From contig CAXXYE010000006.1 of NCBI GenBank assembly GCA_963674865.2, positions 32,001-96,000 on the forward strand: a DNA stretch of 64,000 bases, in the 5' to 3' direction. Position numbers and translations under genes: made by a program. Below, piece by piece: positions 10,617-20,178 of the stretch; the stretch's first letter is position 1; each line of letters begins with the position of its first letter. Under the pieces are notes generated by a model. The model saw only the letters and a list, made by a program, of their open reading frames with translations, was not told the DNA's origin and did no database searches. The DNA comes from Candidatus Hydrogenedentota bacterium. GTDB taxonomy: Bacteria; Hydrogenedentota; Hydrogenedentia; Hydrogenedentales; SLHB01.

Positions 10617-11564
10617 ATGCGAAACGCGTTGACTCTCGGGGGCTGGATCGTGGCAGGTCTTGCCTTCGTACTGAGCGTCATTTTGTACCGCCAATCCGCG
10701 GACCTCAGGCATCAACTGAAGAACGCGGATGAACTGAACATGCGCCAGCAGCAACAACTGGCCGAATTGGGCGAATTGCAGCAGAGGACGGAGGACGCCG
10801 CAACTCGTATCGAAGAGTTGAGCAAAGAGTTGGAAAGCGCGAAGGCGCTGGCTGCGGAACTCAATGCCCAAGGAGGTGACGCGGCAGAAACACCTGTCCT
10901 GGATGAACAGGCCGGCGAACAAGCCGCCTCGGAAGAGAGCGAGAAAAAGGGCAGCGAGGACGCGGGGCCGTCCCGCCGGGAGAGGATGCTTTCGCAGCAG
11001 ATGGCCTTCATGGTGGATATGGCCTGGGGTGAGTTCTTCAAGGAGCAGGCTTCGCCCGACGATGTCAAGGCACAGGTACGCGACCTCCTCGTAAAAGCGG
11101 CCGTCAAGGATCAGACGGCGGTGATCGAGGCGCTGAAAGAGGGAAAGACGCCCGCGGCCGAAGTGTTCAGCGAGCAGGAGACGAACCGGGCCGAGCTGCG
11201 CGCGGCCCTCGGCGGGGTGTTAAGCGCGAACGAGCTGACGGCATGGGACACGTACGAGGAACTGGCCGACGTGTACCTGTATGAGAGCGTCGTTGAGGGC
11301 CAGTTGACGATGCTGGCGCCGGAGCTGAACACGGAGAACCGCAGGGCCGCCGGGGCGGTCGTCGCCGAAGAGCTCGTGGCGGCCATCGATGAGTTCGAGC
11401 GCTCCGAAGTACTCTACACGCTGGAGAATTTCAACAACGCCCAGAGCGCCGCTCTCCAGAACAGCCTGGATCGATTGGCGCAGTCACTGGACGAGGAGCA
11501 ATACGGCCACGTGCAGAGCTTCGTGGAAGCGGCTGAAGCGATGTTCAACGCCGTGGCGGAGTAG
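10617..11564 (+). CDS. Membrane-anchored coiled-coil hypothetical protein
   Basis: N-terminal TM, heptad-rich acidic region, purine-rich RBS. Confidence 0.75.
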   Translation: MRNALTLGGWIVAGLAFVLSVILYRQSADLRHQLKNADELNMRQQQQLAELGELQQRTEDAATRIEELSKELESAKALAAELNAQGGDAAETPVLDEQAGEQAASEESEKKGSEDAGPSRRERMLSQQMAFMVDMAWGEFFKEQASPDDVKAQVRDLLVKAAVKDQTAVIEALKEGKTPAAEVFSEQETNRAELRAALGGVLSANELTAWDTYEELADVYLYESVVEGQLTMLAPELNTENRRAAGAVVAEELVAAIDEFERSEVLYTLENFNNAQSAALQNSLDRLAQSLDEEQYGHVQSFVEAAEAMFNAVAE

Positions 11565-11570
11565 CCGCTT

Positions 11571-13043
11571 CTAGACGCCCATCGCGGCGAGCTGCTGCTC
11601 GATGAAGACCTCCGCCCGCCTGTCCTCAAACTCGGGTGAACAGATCTGCCGTAAGGCTTCCTCGAGTTCGGCCAACTTGGCGGGATGTGCCTGCGCGAGG
11701 TTGTTCAGCTCGCCTGGATCCTCCGCCAGGTTGAACAAGAGGTGCGGCGCAGCGGCGCAGTAGATCAACTTCCAGTCGCCCTTCCGGATCATGAAGGCGC
11801 TGCCGCGCGTCCCGTGCCCCTGATACTCGGAGAAGACGACGCGTTCCCTGTCGTCCTCGCCAATCGTCTGGAGCGGACGCCCGCTCCACCCGTCAGGGCG
11901 CGTCGCCAGCGTGGCGGCGAAGAAGGTAGCCTGCACGTCCAGTAGATCAACGGGAGTTTTGACTCTGGACCCCGCGGGGAAACCAGGCCCGGCAACGACT
12001 AGCGGCACGCGAGCGGAATCCTCATAAAGGCTGCACTTCCACCACATATCAAAAGCCCCCAGCATTTCGCCGTGGTCGGAGGTGTACGCGACAATCGTAT
12101 TACCGAGAAGGCCCTCCTCCTCAAGCGTGTCCAGGATGATGCCCAACTGGCGATCGACAAAGGTGACACATCCCAGGTAGCCGCGCCTGAGGCCGCGAAT
12201 GTCCTCTTCCGCAAACAGGGCCGTCTCGAAATGGGCGCGGAGATCAAGGGCATAGGGATGGTTGGCCGTGGGCAAGTCACCGCCGCGCACCGGCAGATCG
12301 CCTCCCTCTGGATACATATCCCAGAGTTCCTGTGTGACGAAGTGAGGGAAATGGGGGGCGTGCAGATTGACGGCCAACGTGAAGGGCCTATCGAGCGCTC
12401 TTGGCCGCTCGCGCAGCCACTGCGCGGCAGTCTTAATGACAGCGGTATCGTGTTCGTAAGGATCGCCTTCGCGGGGGCCGTAGCCCTTCGCCCGCAGCGC
12501 GGCACCCTCCCGAATCTGCAGAGGATGCCTGCGGATGTTCTTGTCGCCGGGCGGGATGCGGTCGCCGGGGATCGCAAACTCCGAAAACCCAAGCTCGGCG
12601 GTGTCCCGATACACGTCCGTCTTTCCCATGTGCACCGTGTGAACGCCCTGCTTGGCCAATTCCCCCCCGTACGACGGGTAGTCGAAAGGGAAGGCGTTGC
12701 AGTTGCTGTAGCACTGGATTTCATGTACGCGCCGGCCGGACATAAACGCGCTGCGGCTCGGCATACACAGTGGCGATGGGCAATAACAATTCTCGAAAAC
12801 CACGCCGCGTTCCGCGAGGCGGTCGAGGTTCGGCGTCTGGATGTAGGGATGTCCGTAGAACGATGAATAGCGGGGATTGTGCTCATCGGATTTCAGCAAA
12901 ACCACATTGGTTGCAGGGGCCATGACACCTCTCTTCCTGTCGCGGGCCAGGTGTTGACAGCCCGTCAGTTGCACGGCGGCGGCGATTCCGGCTCCAGAGC
13001 AAAAAGCACGCCCCAGAAACTCCCGGCGTGTCTCATGACTCAT
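11571..13043 (-). CDS. Tat-exported sulfatase (choline-sulfatase-like)
   Basis: TRREFL Tat motif; SDEH, TPNLDRLA, CMPSR (CxPxR), SDHGEMLG. Confidence 0.92.
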   Translation of the reverse strand: MSHETRREFLGRAFCSGAGIAAAVQLTGCQHLARDRKRGVMAPATNVVLLKSDEHNPRYSSFYGHPYIQTPNLDRLAERGVVFENCYCPSPLCMPSRSAFMSGRRVHEIQCYSNCNAFPFDYPSYGGELAKQGVHTVHMGKTDVYRDTAELGFSEFAIPGDRIPPGDKNIRRHPLQIREGAALRAKGYGPREGDPYEHDTAVIKTAAQWLRERPRALDRPFTLAVNLHAPHFPHFVTQELWDMYPEGGDLPVRGGDLPTANHPYALDLRAHFETALFAEEDIRGLRRGYLGCVTFVDRQLGIILDTLEEEGLLGNTIVAYTSDHGEMLGAFDMWWKCSLYEDSARVPLVVAGPGFPAGSRVKTPVDLLDVQATFFAATLATRPDGWSGRPLQTIGEDDRERVVFSEYQGHGTRGSAFMIRKGDWKLIYCAAAPHLLFNLAEDPGELNNLAQAHPAKLAELEEALRQICSPEFEDRRAEVFIEQQLAAMGV

Positions 13044-13163
13044 GGGCCTGCCTTTCTCGATAAGAATCGTGGTTGGCCATCCAAGAAACGTGGCCAAGAA
13101 TACCGCCGTTCGGCGGGCTCGTCAATCCCAGGCAGGACGACCGGCCACGATCCGCCCTACTCA

Positions 13164-13267
13164 GAACATGTGAAGGAACGCCGGAGGAAAAGGGGACATG
13201 CTCCAAGCGCCGTCCCCGGCGCGACTACGTGTCTCCTTTCCGGACACACTGGTTCTCTCACAAGCTC
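13164..13267 (-). mobile_element. MITE-like element, copy 1
   Basis: Reverse-complement match to 37182-37287; imperfect terminal IRs, internal GGGGACA..TGTCTCC hairpin, TCA at both flanks (13161-63, 13268-70). Confidence 0.7.
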
Positions 13268-14761
13268 TCAGCCCTTGCGCGTCAGGAAGGCGGCAAACAC
13301 GATGTAGAGCGCCAGCACAAGGAGCAGGCATGAAAGCGTGAAGCAGAGGGCCAAGTCGAGGGGCCAGAAGAGGAACAACGCGAACGCCGCGATGGAGATA
13401 CTGAACATGAACACGGCCCCGCTCAGGCGGATACCATCGCGCGTCTTCGGCAGAAACAGGAACAAAGGAACCAGGATCATCACTTGGTAGTAGAAGGTGG
13501 GCGCCGTCAGGAAGAACGCGGGTGCATAACCCAGAGCCAGCGCTTCATAGTCTTGCAGCTTCCGAACCGCCGCACCCGAAAAAAGCAAGACGGCGAGCTG
13601 GATGCCCCACCAGGCAAACTGGTGACTCTCGAAGAAGAGCTGCTTTTGACTCTCGAAAGGCGGCCAAGCGCCGAAGGAGTTCTTGTACGTCATCAGAAAG
13701 ATGTATCTGAAGCCGACGCGCACAGGAGAAACATCTCTGTCATGCAGGGCGATCTTAGTGAAAAAGGCCCGCCATTGCGATAGTCCTCCCTGGTCGATCA
13801 CGGTGGCCAGGAAAAGGAGCGACGCCACCAGTGCGAAGGCTGTGAAGAAGGTGAGATAACGCTTGTTGAGAGTGCGCTTCTTGAGGATGTCAGCGGCAAA
13901 CTTCACGCCCAAGCCGAACGCGAACACGAGCGGGAAGATGCGAGCCATAGCGGCGTAGGCCATCAGCGCTCCGGCCGTCCCATATCGCTCGAGTTTCAAC
14001 AGACACAAGGCCATGGCGAGGAAGGTCAACCAGTCAAGGCGGAGGAAGGCGCCGCGGATGTGCGTGAAGGACATCATAAAAAGCGCCCCCCAGAAAATCA
14101 CCGAAAAGCACATGATCCGCCAGCCGAACGCCACCCCCACGAGAGCAAACATGAGCGCGAGAAGCACAAGGTCCAGACAAACCAGAAAAAGAAGATGGCC
14201 TGTCGACACGCGATTTGCCAGAGCGCGCGCCATCAGGTTCCAAACAGGCGTGGCGTTATAGCCCTTATCCTGTGCGGCTCTGGGCCAACGCTTCCCGAGG
14301 AAGCTACGAAAGGAAGAGACGTCCTTTCTGAATTCCTCCCACCGGGCCGACGAAAAGAGTCCTTTATAGAAGGCTTTCTGCTGAAGAGCGTTACCGGCCT
14401 CCACGAATCCGTAGTCCTCCATGCCGCGGAAGTAGGGCTGGCCCGGCCGGCCTTGGTTGTTTTCGGCATCGGCAACGATGACGGCCGGATAGAGATTGAG
14501 ATAGCCGACTTCCTCGGAGTACTTGGCGCCTAGGTAGTAGTGGAAGAAATCGTGCGGATTCATAAAGCGGCCGAACTTCGGATACGCGCCAAAATCGAAG
14601 TAGGCGCAGACGGCAACGAGGGCAAGGAGTACGAGGCAAGCATCCAGCCACCGACGGCCCCGCTTGATATTCCGCCGATCGCACAGCGCATATATGATCA
14701 GGAGCGTAGCGCCGGCCCCGCCGACGAGGATTCTCGCACCGATAAGCAGATCACGGGACAT
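13268..14761 (-). CDS. Polytopic membrane protein, GT-C/GT87-like
   Basis: About 10 TM segments; HDFFHYYLGAKY, DKGYNATPVW, GAFLRLDW. Confidence 0.7.
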   Translation of the reverse strand: MSRDLLIGARILVGGAGATLLIIYALCDRRNIKRGRRWLDACLVLLALVAVCAYFDFGAYPKFGRFMNPHDFFHYYLGAKYSEEVGYLNLYPAVIVADAENNQGRPGQPYFRGMEDYGFVEAGNALQQKAFYKGLFSSARWEEFRKDVSSFRSFLGKRWPRAAQDKGYNATPVWNLMARALANRVSTGHLLFLVCLDLVLLALMFALVGVAFGWRIMCFSVIFWGALFMMSFTHIRGAFLRLDWLTFLAMALCLLKLERYGTAGALMAYAAMARIFPLVFAFGLGVKFAADILKKRTLNKRYLTFFTAFALVASLLFLATVIDQGGLSQWRAFFTKIALHDRDVSPVRVGFRYIFLMTYKNSFGAWPPFESQKQLFFESHQFAWWGIQLAVLLFSGAAVRKLQDYEALALGYAPAFFLTAPTFYYQVMILVPLFLFLPKTRDGIRLSGAVFMFSISIAAFALFLFWPLDLALCFTLSCLLLVLALYIVFAAFLTRKG

Positions 14762-15046
14762 GGCGCCGCTACTTCCCGAAGAACCTGGTCAGGGCACTGA
14801 TGACGGCGAGTTCCAGCCCGGTGAATAAGGGCCATTTCCCTATCTGAGCGGCGCTCATGAGTGCTTCCCTTGCGTTGTCCCTGTCGTCGGGGGGGGACTT
14901 TCGATTATAGCAGGAAGAAAGCGGACGGCTGCCGAGGCATTGACGTATGGGACATTATCGGCCAGACTATCAAAAAGCGCTCCCGAGGCGGGGAGCCAGC
15001 CGATGCGACACGCGCGAGCCAAGCGCAGGAGGGAGGGCACGCCAGG

Positions 15047-15541
15047 ATGAATCGAGGATTCATTGACAAGCGAACGCTCGTCATCATCGGGCTTCTCGTG
15101 GGGATCCCTTGCGGCTTGCTGCTCTACTGGGAGATCTCGGCCAGACGCATGCGCGAGCATTTTGTTAAGGCCCTCCAGGCTGGGGAGGTCGACGGCCTTC
15201 TACTCGAACTCCGAGGCAAGACTTGGACGGCGGGCGACTTGGCGAGCGTGGAGGTCATCAGGCTCGATAGCAGCTACGGCAAGGAGCGCGCGTTGGTGCG
15301 CTTGGCCCACGAAGGCGGCGAAGCGGCCGTCTCGCGAAGTCAGTTTTCCTACCAAGCGACGATCACAAACACAGAAACGGGCGTCAAGTACGTCTTCGGC
15401 TACCCCCGAAGCGGCTCACGGAAGTGGCGTTGTCAGGGCCTTCATCCCGACACGGCCGAACGCGATCGAGAACTCCTGAGACGCGGAGAAGATCCGCGAG
15501 AGAGAAGGGGCCTGCCCGTGCAGAGCCCCGCGTCTCAGTAG
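15047..15541 (+). CDS. Hypothetical protein with N-terminal TM
   Basis: GGAGG RBS; hydrophobic N-terminus. Confidence 0.6.
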   Translation: MNRGFIDKRTLVIIGLLVGIPCGLLLYWEISARRMREHFVKALQAGEVDGLLLELRGKTWTAGDLASVEVIRLDSSYGKERALVRLAHEGGEAAVSRSQFSYQATITNTETGVKYVFGYPRSGSRKWRCQGLHPDTAERDRELLRRGEDPRERRGLPVQSPASQ

Positions 15542-15568
15542 CCGGCTTCGCCGCGTCCGGCGTCAATC

Positions 15569-18367
15569 CTAGCTTTCCGCCAAAGCCCGCAAGATACGCT
15601 CAAGGTGTTCGGCCACGGCCTCCCGGTGCTTGAGGAGAACGGTTGGGTCGTTCGTGGCCTCCGTCAGGTCACTAGCAAGCGGCGGGTCGATGGCGAGCAG
15701 GGCCTCGGCGTCGGCCAATAGCGCGTCTGTATTCGGCAGGGCCGCCTCAGCCAAACGCTTTCTGGCTTCGTCCAGCAACGCAAGGTAGTCGTAATCCTCA
15801 AAGGCATCGCGGATCATCTCGAGGCGCGCGCTGCTCCAGAACTCGCCGTCGGGGCCGGGGTAGATGTACTGGGCGTCGCCATTGCAGTTGAGATAAGTCC
15901 AGGTGTTCCACGGAACTTCAGGCCAGCGCTTGCCGGCACGGATCGCATCGTCGATTTCCGGATCGCCGGACCACGGCTGATTGTTCCCTCGCCACTCGTT
16001 GATTCCCCAGTAGAGGAAGCCGGTGGCGCCGTATTTCCAGCAGTAGAATCCGATGAGGCGATTCTCGAGCGCCGTGTAATCAAGATAGAACTGAGTGACA
16101 TACGGCCGGCGTACGCTCGCCGACAAGTAGATCCAGAGTTCATCCCCCGCGGCCACACGCTCGGCGACGGGGCCGTAATTGAAGAGGTTTGGCCCGACGA
16201 CCCACGTATCGACGGCGCCTTCAAGCGTCGGCACCGGGGGATAGGCGGTGCAGACACGCCGAACGCCCGGGAAACGCTCGGCGACTTTGCCTAGGACCTC
16301 GCGCACGCGGGGATAGTCTTCCTTACTAGGCTCGTCCTGGCCGTAGATAAAGCAGATGTCCAGCAATCCACGCTCCTTGAAGAAGTCGTAATGGCGTTGG
16401 ATCCTCTCCTCCTCCTCAGGATCGAGTGGCCAGTCAGCGATCACGCCAAGCATCACCAAGTTCAGGCCGCGCTCGATCTGGAAATCGATGTCGTCTTCAT
16501 CGCCCATGGGGCCAAACCAGGAGGGGTTGATCCGGTGGTCGAGAAGGAAGGCCATCTGCCTGCGCTCAATATCCTTGGGAGTCTTCTCCCAGCCGTACCA
16601 ATCGGTAATGTGGGAAGGATTCAGCCACATCGAAGTCTGAAGCGCGGGACGCGTCGGGAGGTCGAAGCCATAGACGCGGACGCGCAGTTGGACAGGCCAA
16701 GACCGCAGGCCCTCGGCGGACACTTCGAGGCGGCCCGTGTATACACCTGCGGGGATGTTGTGAGGCACGTGGACACTGAGCCAAAGCGGCTGATGCAGAG
16801 CATCGGCCGCCACACTGCCCGGCGCCGCGTCCATGGGCATCAGCGGGTCGGCGAATCTCCCGATGTACTCGATAGGGTAGCGTGGCTTCCGTGATTCGAC
16901 GAAGCCGGCCCAACGCACCTCAATATTCTCCGCGGGGACGAGAGCGCCATCCGGGCCTTCCAGAGGCGACACATCGACACGGATGTTTTCCAGGTCGGTG
17001 CCCAAGGGAACGACAAGCAGTTGCGCGCCTTCGTATTCACCCCGGGCGGCCGATAGGGAAATCGTGTCGGCCAGCGGCCCGAGATAGGCCCGATCTCCGA
17101 TAGTCTTTCGCAGCGAAATCTCCGTGCCCACGGCGAAGGGAGCGTCGCCAATCTGTTCGCGATGATCCCAGCGCCATAGGAGCTTCTGTGCACGGCCCAG
17201 AAGGCATTCGGTGGGACGAGCGAGCGCGTCCCAGGCCTCGCGGCTCAGGTTCGGCTGCGTCAGTTTCGCTCCGAGTTCGTTGAGGTCGTTCTGCACAGCC
17301 TTATTCTCATCGCGTAGCCTGCGCGCATCCGACGACTCGGGAAGCGCGGCAAGCGCCGCCTGGATAGCGCGATAGGCCTGGCGGTTGGCAGTCATATCGA
17401 TGGGAATCGAATGCCGGAAGAAAGGCGCGGAGTCTCCCGTACGGCGGACGGCAACTACGGCGACGCCATGCGTGCCGTCCGGGAGATCGTAGTTGGCAAC
17501 GGGCTGGATGGTTTGGCTCGGAGGAACCGTCACAAAGCTCTGGTAGGCGACGCGTAGGCCGTGCTCGTCTTCGAGCGTTACAAGGACTTCGCAGGGCGCC
17601 TCGGAAGCAGCCCGGTTCGTCAGCACAAGAGGCAAGGGATTCGCATCCGGCTTCGGCCGGCCGATTTCTGACAGCTCGGCGGTCAGGGCCTTCGGGCCTG
17701 CGAAGTACACGTCGCCGAAGAATTGAGGCTCGTAGAACCAGGCGTGTGTGACGGCCCAAGCGGAGTAATTGGTACGGTTGGGCAGGCGCCACCCCATGTT
17801 GATGCGCCACGCAGCCAAGGGCTTGGGGGCAGGGAGGTCGGCCCCGGCAAGGGGAATGGCAAACTCGGCCTGCCATCCCTCGGCGCAAGGCTTCATCACG
17901 GCCGTTGGCGGGACAGTCCACTCGACGGTGTTCCCCATGGGCTGTGTAAGATACACCTTCCCCTCGCTGTTCACCGCCACCTTGTAATACGTCTCTTCGA
18001 TACCGGTTGCCAGAACAACCTCGGCCACGTGGGCATCGTCGGGAAGAGAGGGATACTTCGTCAGCTCGGCGTCGAGACAGCGGAGGCCGATGTACAGGTT
18101 CGCATCGTCGTACATCAACTTGGCTTCGGTTTCGTACGGCGCGAATCCGCCCTGATAGGACAAGTTGAACTGCCTGAGCGTCACCGCGGATTCCCAGGCG
18201 GGATCGTCGAGCGCGCCATCGGCTTCCGGCGCTGACTTCGCCATCGGAATAGCCACCGCGGGCCGGGCGGGAACGGGGCCGCGCGGAGCCAGTTGTTCGG
18301 TGGCCCGGCTGGGCGTGGCCCAGAAGCAAACACACAGCATCGCGGCAAAGAAGATGAGGCAGAGCAT
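15569..18367 (-). CDS. Secreted CBM9-like + DUF4091 (GH123-like) glycoside hydrolase
   Basis: Signal peptide; DGALDDPAW..YDDANLY; ARGEYEGAQ, DEP, GFLYW, YPGP..SARLEMIRDAFEDYDY; alternative start 18400. Confidence 0.82.
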   Translation of the reverse strand: MLCLIFFAAMLCVCFWATPSRATEQLAPRGPVPARPAVAIPMAKSAPEADGALDDPAWESAVTLRQFNLSYQGGFAPYETEAKLMYDDANLYIGLRCLDAELTKYPSLPDDAHVAEVVLATGIEETYYKVAVNSEGKVYLTQPMGNTVEWTVPPTAVMKPCAEGWQAEFAIPLAGADLPAPKPLAAWRINMGWRLPNRTNYSAWAVTHAWFYEPQFFGDVYFAGPKALTAELSEIGRPKPDANPLPLVLTNRAASEAPCEVLVTLEDEHGLRVAYQSFVTVPPSQTIQPVANYDLPDGTHGVAVVAVRRTGDSAPFFRHSIPIDMTANRQAYRAIQAALAALPESSDARRLRDENKAVQNDLNELGAKLTQPNLSREAWDALARPTECLLGRAQKLLWRWDHREQIGDAPFAVGTEISLRKTIGDRAYLGPLADTISLSAARGEYEGAQLLVVPLGTDLENIRVDVSPLEGPDGALVPAENIEVRWAGFVESRKPRYPIEYIGRFADPLMPMDAAPGSVAADALHQPLWLSVHVPHNIPAGVYTGRLEVSAEGLRSWPVQLRVRVYGFDLPTRPALQTSMWLNPSHITDWYGWEKTPKDIERRQMAFLLDHRINPSWFGPMGDEDDIDFQIERGLNLVMLGVIADWPLDPEEEERIQRHYDFFKERGLLDICFIYGQDEPSKEDYPRVREVLGKVAERFPGVRRVCTAYPPVPTLEGAVDTWVVGPNLFNYGPVAERVAAGDELWIYLSASVRRPYVTQFYLDYTALENRLIGFYCWKYGATGFLYWGINEWRGNNQPWSGDPEIDDAIRAGKRWPEVPWNTWTYLNCNGDAQYIYPGPDGEFWSSARLEMIRDAFEDYDYLALLDEARKRLAEAALPNTDALLADAEALLAIDPPLASDLTEATNDPTVLLKHREAVAEHLERILRALAES

Positions 18368-18524
18368 GATTGAGACTCCCCGTGAGCACATCGCATCCAT
18401 ATGGCATTTTCCCCAGTTTGAGTAACGGAAGCGCTACGCGTGAAGGCTATAAGGTAGCGGCAGCAAACAGTGAATGCAAACGCCGCCCAGGCAAACGCTA
18501 GCTGACGCCGGCGGAGCGGCTTTG

Positions 18525-19670
18525 TCAGAACTTGTCTCGGAGACGCACGTACTCGTCGAGAACGGCCATGAAGTTATCGTAGGGAGTCCCCTTGGCAATG
18601 GAGTGGCTGGGGCCGAGAATGAATCCGCCCCCTGGCGCGCCAGCCTCCATGGCCTCCCGGACGTTCTTGCGGCAGTCCTCGGGCGAACCGGTGATCAGTG
18701 TCTCCAAGGCAATGCCCCCCCAGAAAGCCAGGTGCTCGCCGAAATCCCGCTTCAAACCGGCGATGCTCATGTCGGGGATGGACTGAAGCGATTGGTAACA
18801 CTGGAGTCCGGCCTCGATGAACTGCCCCATCAGAGGGCGATTGTTCCCGCAGTTGTGGAGGATAACCTGCTTGCCAAGCGCGCTAACACGGCCGATGCGC
18901 TCCGTCATGGCGGGCAGGCAGAACTCCCGGAAGAGATCGGGCGAGATCATGGGGCCTTTGGAAGAGGCCATGTCCTGTTCGAAGAAGACCGCGTCTTGCC
19001 CGGGCCTCACCTTCCAGACATCCTCTTGATTCTGAATGGCGACGCGCTGTCGCGTGGCCGCACGAACCACCTCCGGCAGCAGGTAATAGCCGACATAGCC
19101 GCCGGAATTCCCGGGCAGACTGATCATAGCCGTCAGGCCGGCCGAGGTCCCCGCGATATAGCGATCGCGGCCAAGATGCTCGATCACGTAGTCGCACGCC
19201 TCGAAGATGGATGGATCGGGCTCGGGCACCTCGTCGGGGATGTGATAGTCGTCGACCTTGGGCTCCGCTTGGGCAACCGTATCCGGGACGTGCACAACGG
19301 AAATATCATTCGTCAACTCAGACGCCTGCCAGACGGTGCCGTCGGCGCCTTCCCAGGCGTGATCATCGACTTGGCGCACCTTGGGCGGCTCGTAGTCTTT
19401 CGGCGGAACAATGGGGGCCTCTTTGAACGTAATAATGTCGCAGCAATCGATCTTCTGGAAGAACTCGACGGTATCCTTCTTGAAGCTCTCGACGACCTCA
19501 TCGCGCCGGCCTTCCCAGAAGGCGACGCGAGTCTTGATCTTGTTTCGGACGTAAGTCTCACGGCCGATTACGGCCTCGATGGTGTCGTGGTCGACAATGT
19601 AGAATCCAAGCGGGACGTAGGGCGCAGGTTCCCGGGCGATAACCTTGCGCACACACTCTTTACTTGTCAT
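18525..19670 (-). CDS. Uroporphyrinogen decarboxylase / MtaA-CmuA methyltransferase-like protein
   Basis: MTSKE start, PMISPDLFREF, HNCGN, FWGGI, GGFILGPSHSI. Confidence 0.85.
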   Translation of the reverse strand: MTSKECVRKVIAREPAPYVPLGFYIVDHDTIEAVIGRETYVRNKIKTRVAFWEGRRDEVVESFKKDTVEFFQKIDCCDIITFKEAPIVPPKDYEPPKVRQVDDHAWEGADGTVWQASELTNDISVVHVPDTVAQAEPKVDDYHIPDEVPEPDPSIFEACDYVIEHLGRDRYIAGTSAGLTAMISLPGNSGGYVGYYLLPEVVRAATRQRVAIQNQEDVWKVRPGQDAVFFEQDMASSKGPMISPDLFREFCLPAMTERIGRVSALGKQVILHNCGNNRPLMGQFIEAGLQCYQSLQSIPDMSIAGLKRDFGEHLAFWGGIALETLITGSPEDCRKNVREAMEAGAPGGGFILGPSHSIAKGTPYDNFMAVLDEYVRLRDKF

Positions 19671-19855
19671 GCCGTCTCCTTCCCCAATTTCTGGGACTTG
19701 GCGCGCATTCACGCACAGGCCGAGGACGGATATCAAGTCTGGGGCGGCCTGTCCACAGTAAGACAGATGACGACAGACAACGGCGCATGCGTTGATTTCG
19801 GCTTGTACGCGTTCCTATAATCTCATTCAGTAAACAAAGGAGGATTCCCGATACC

Positions 19856-19987
19856 ATGAGATGGCTTAAATGCCTTGCGTTTGCGGCGCTCATCTGTCTG
19901 GCCGTGTCGGGGTGCAACACGGTTAAGGGATTCGGCAGAGATGTCCAGCGCGGCGGGGAATTGATCGAGAAGTCCGCTGATCGCTAG
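19856..19987 (+). CDS. Entericidin A/B family lipoprotein (43 aa)
   Basis: MRWLKCLAFAALICLAVSGCNTVKGFGRDVQRGGELIEKSADR; CNTxxGxGxD motif; AAGGAGG RBS; TTGATT-N18-TATAAT at 19792-19821. Confidence 0.88.
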   Translation: MRWLKCLAFAALICLAVSGCNTVKGFGRDVQRGGELIEKSADR

Positions 19988-20178
19988 TCCAGACACGCCT
20001 TCTTGTCAACTACTCGCCCCTTTCACAATCGCCGGATAACTCGACGGCGCTACGCACTCGCTGAAGTCCAGATTGCTCCTTTGCGCTTTCCCCAATCCTA
20101 TGCGAATATAGGCTGGCTGCGCCACGGCACGAGGTGGCGCGGCTGGTTTCTGAAAAGGATTGGAGGAAGTAGCGCCGA

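Noticed and set aside
18474..19820. 448-aa plus-strand ORF
   Set aside because: Antisense shadow of the URO-D-like gene, typical of GC-rich DNA
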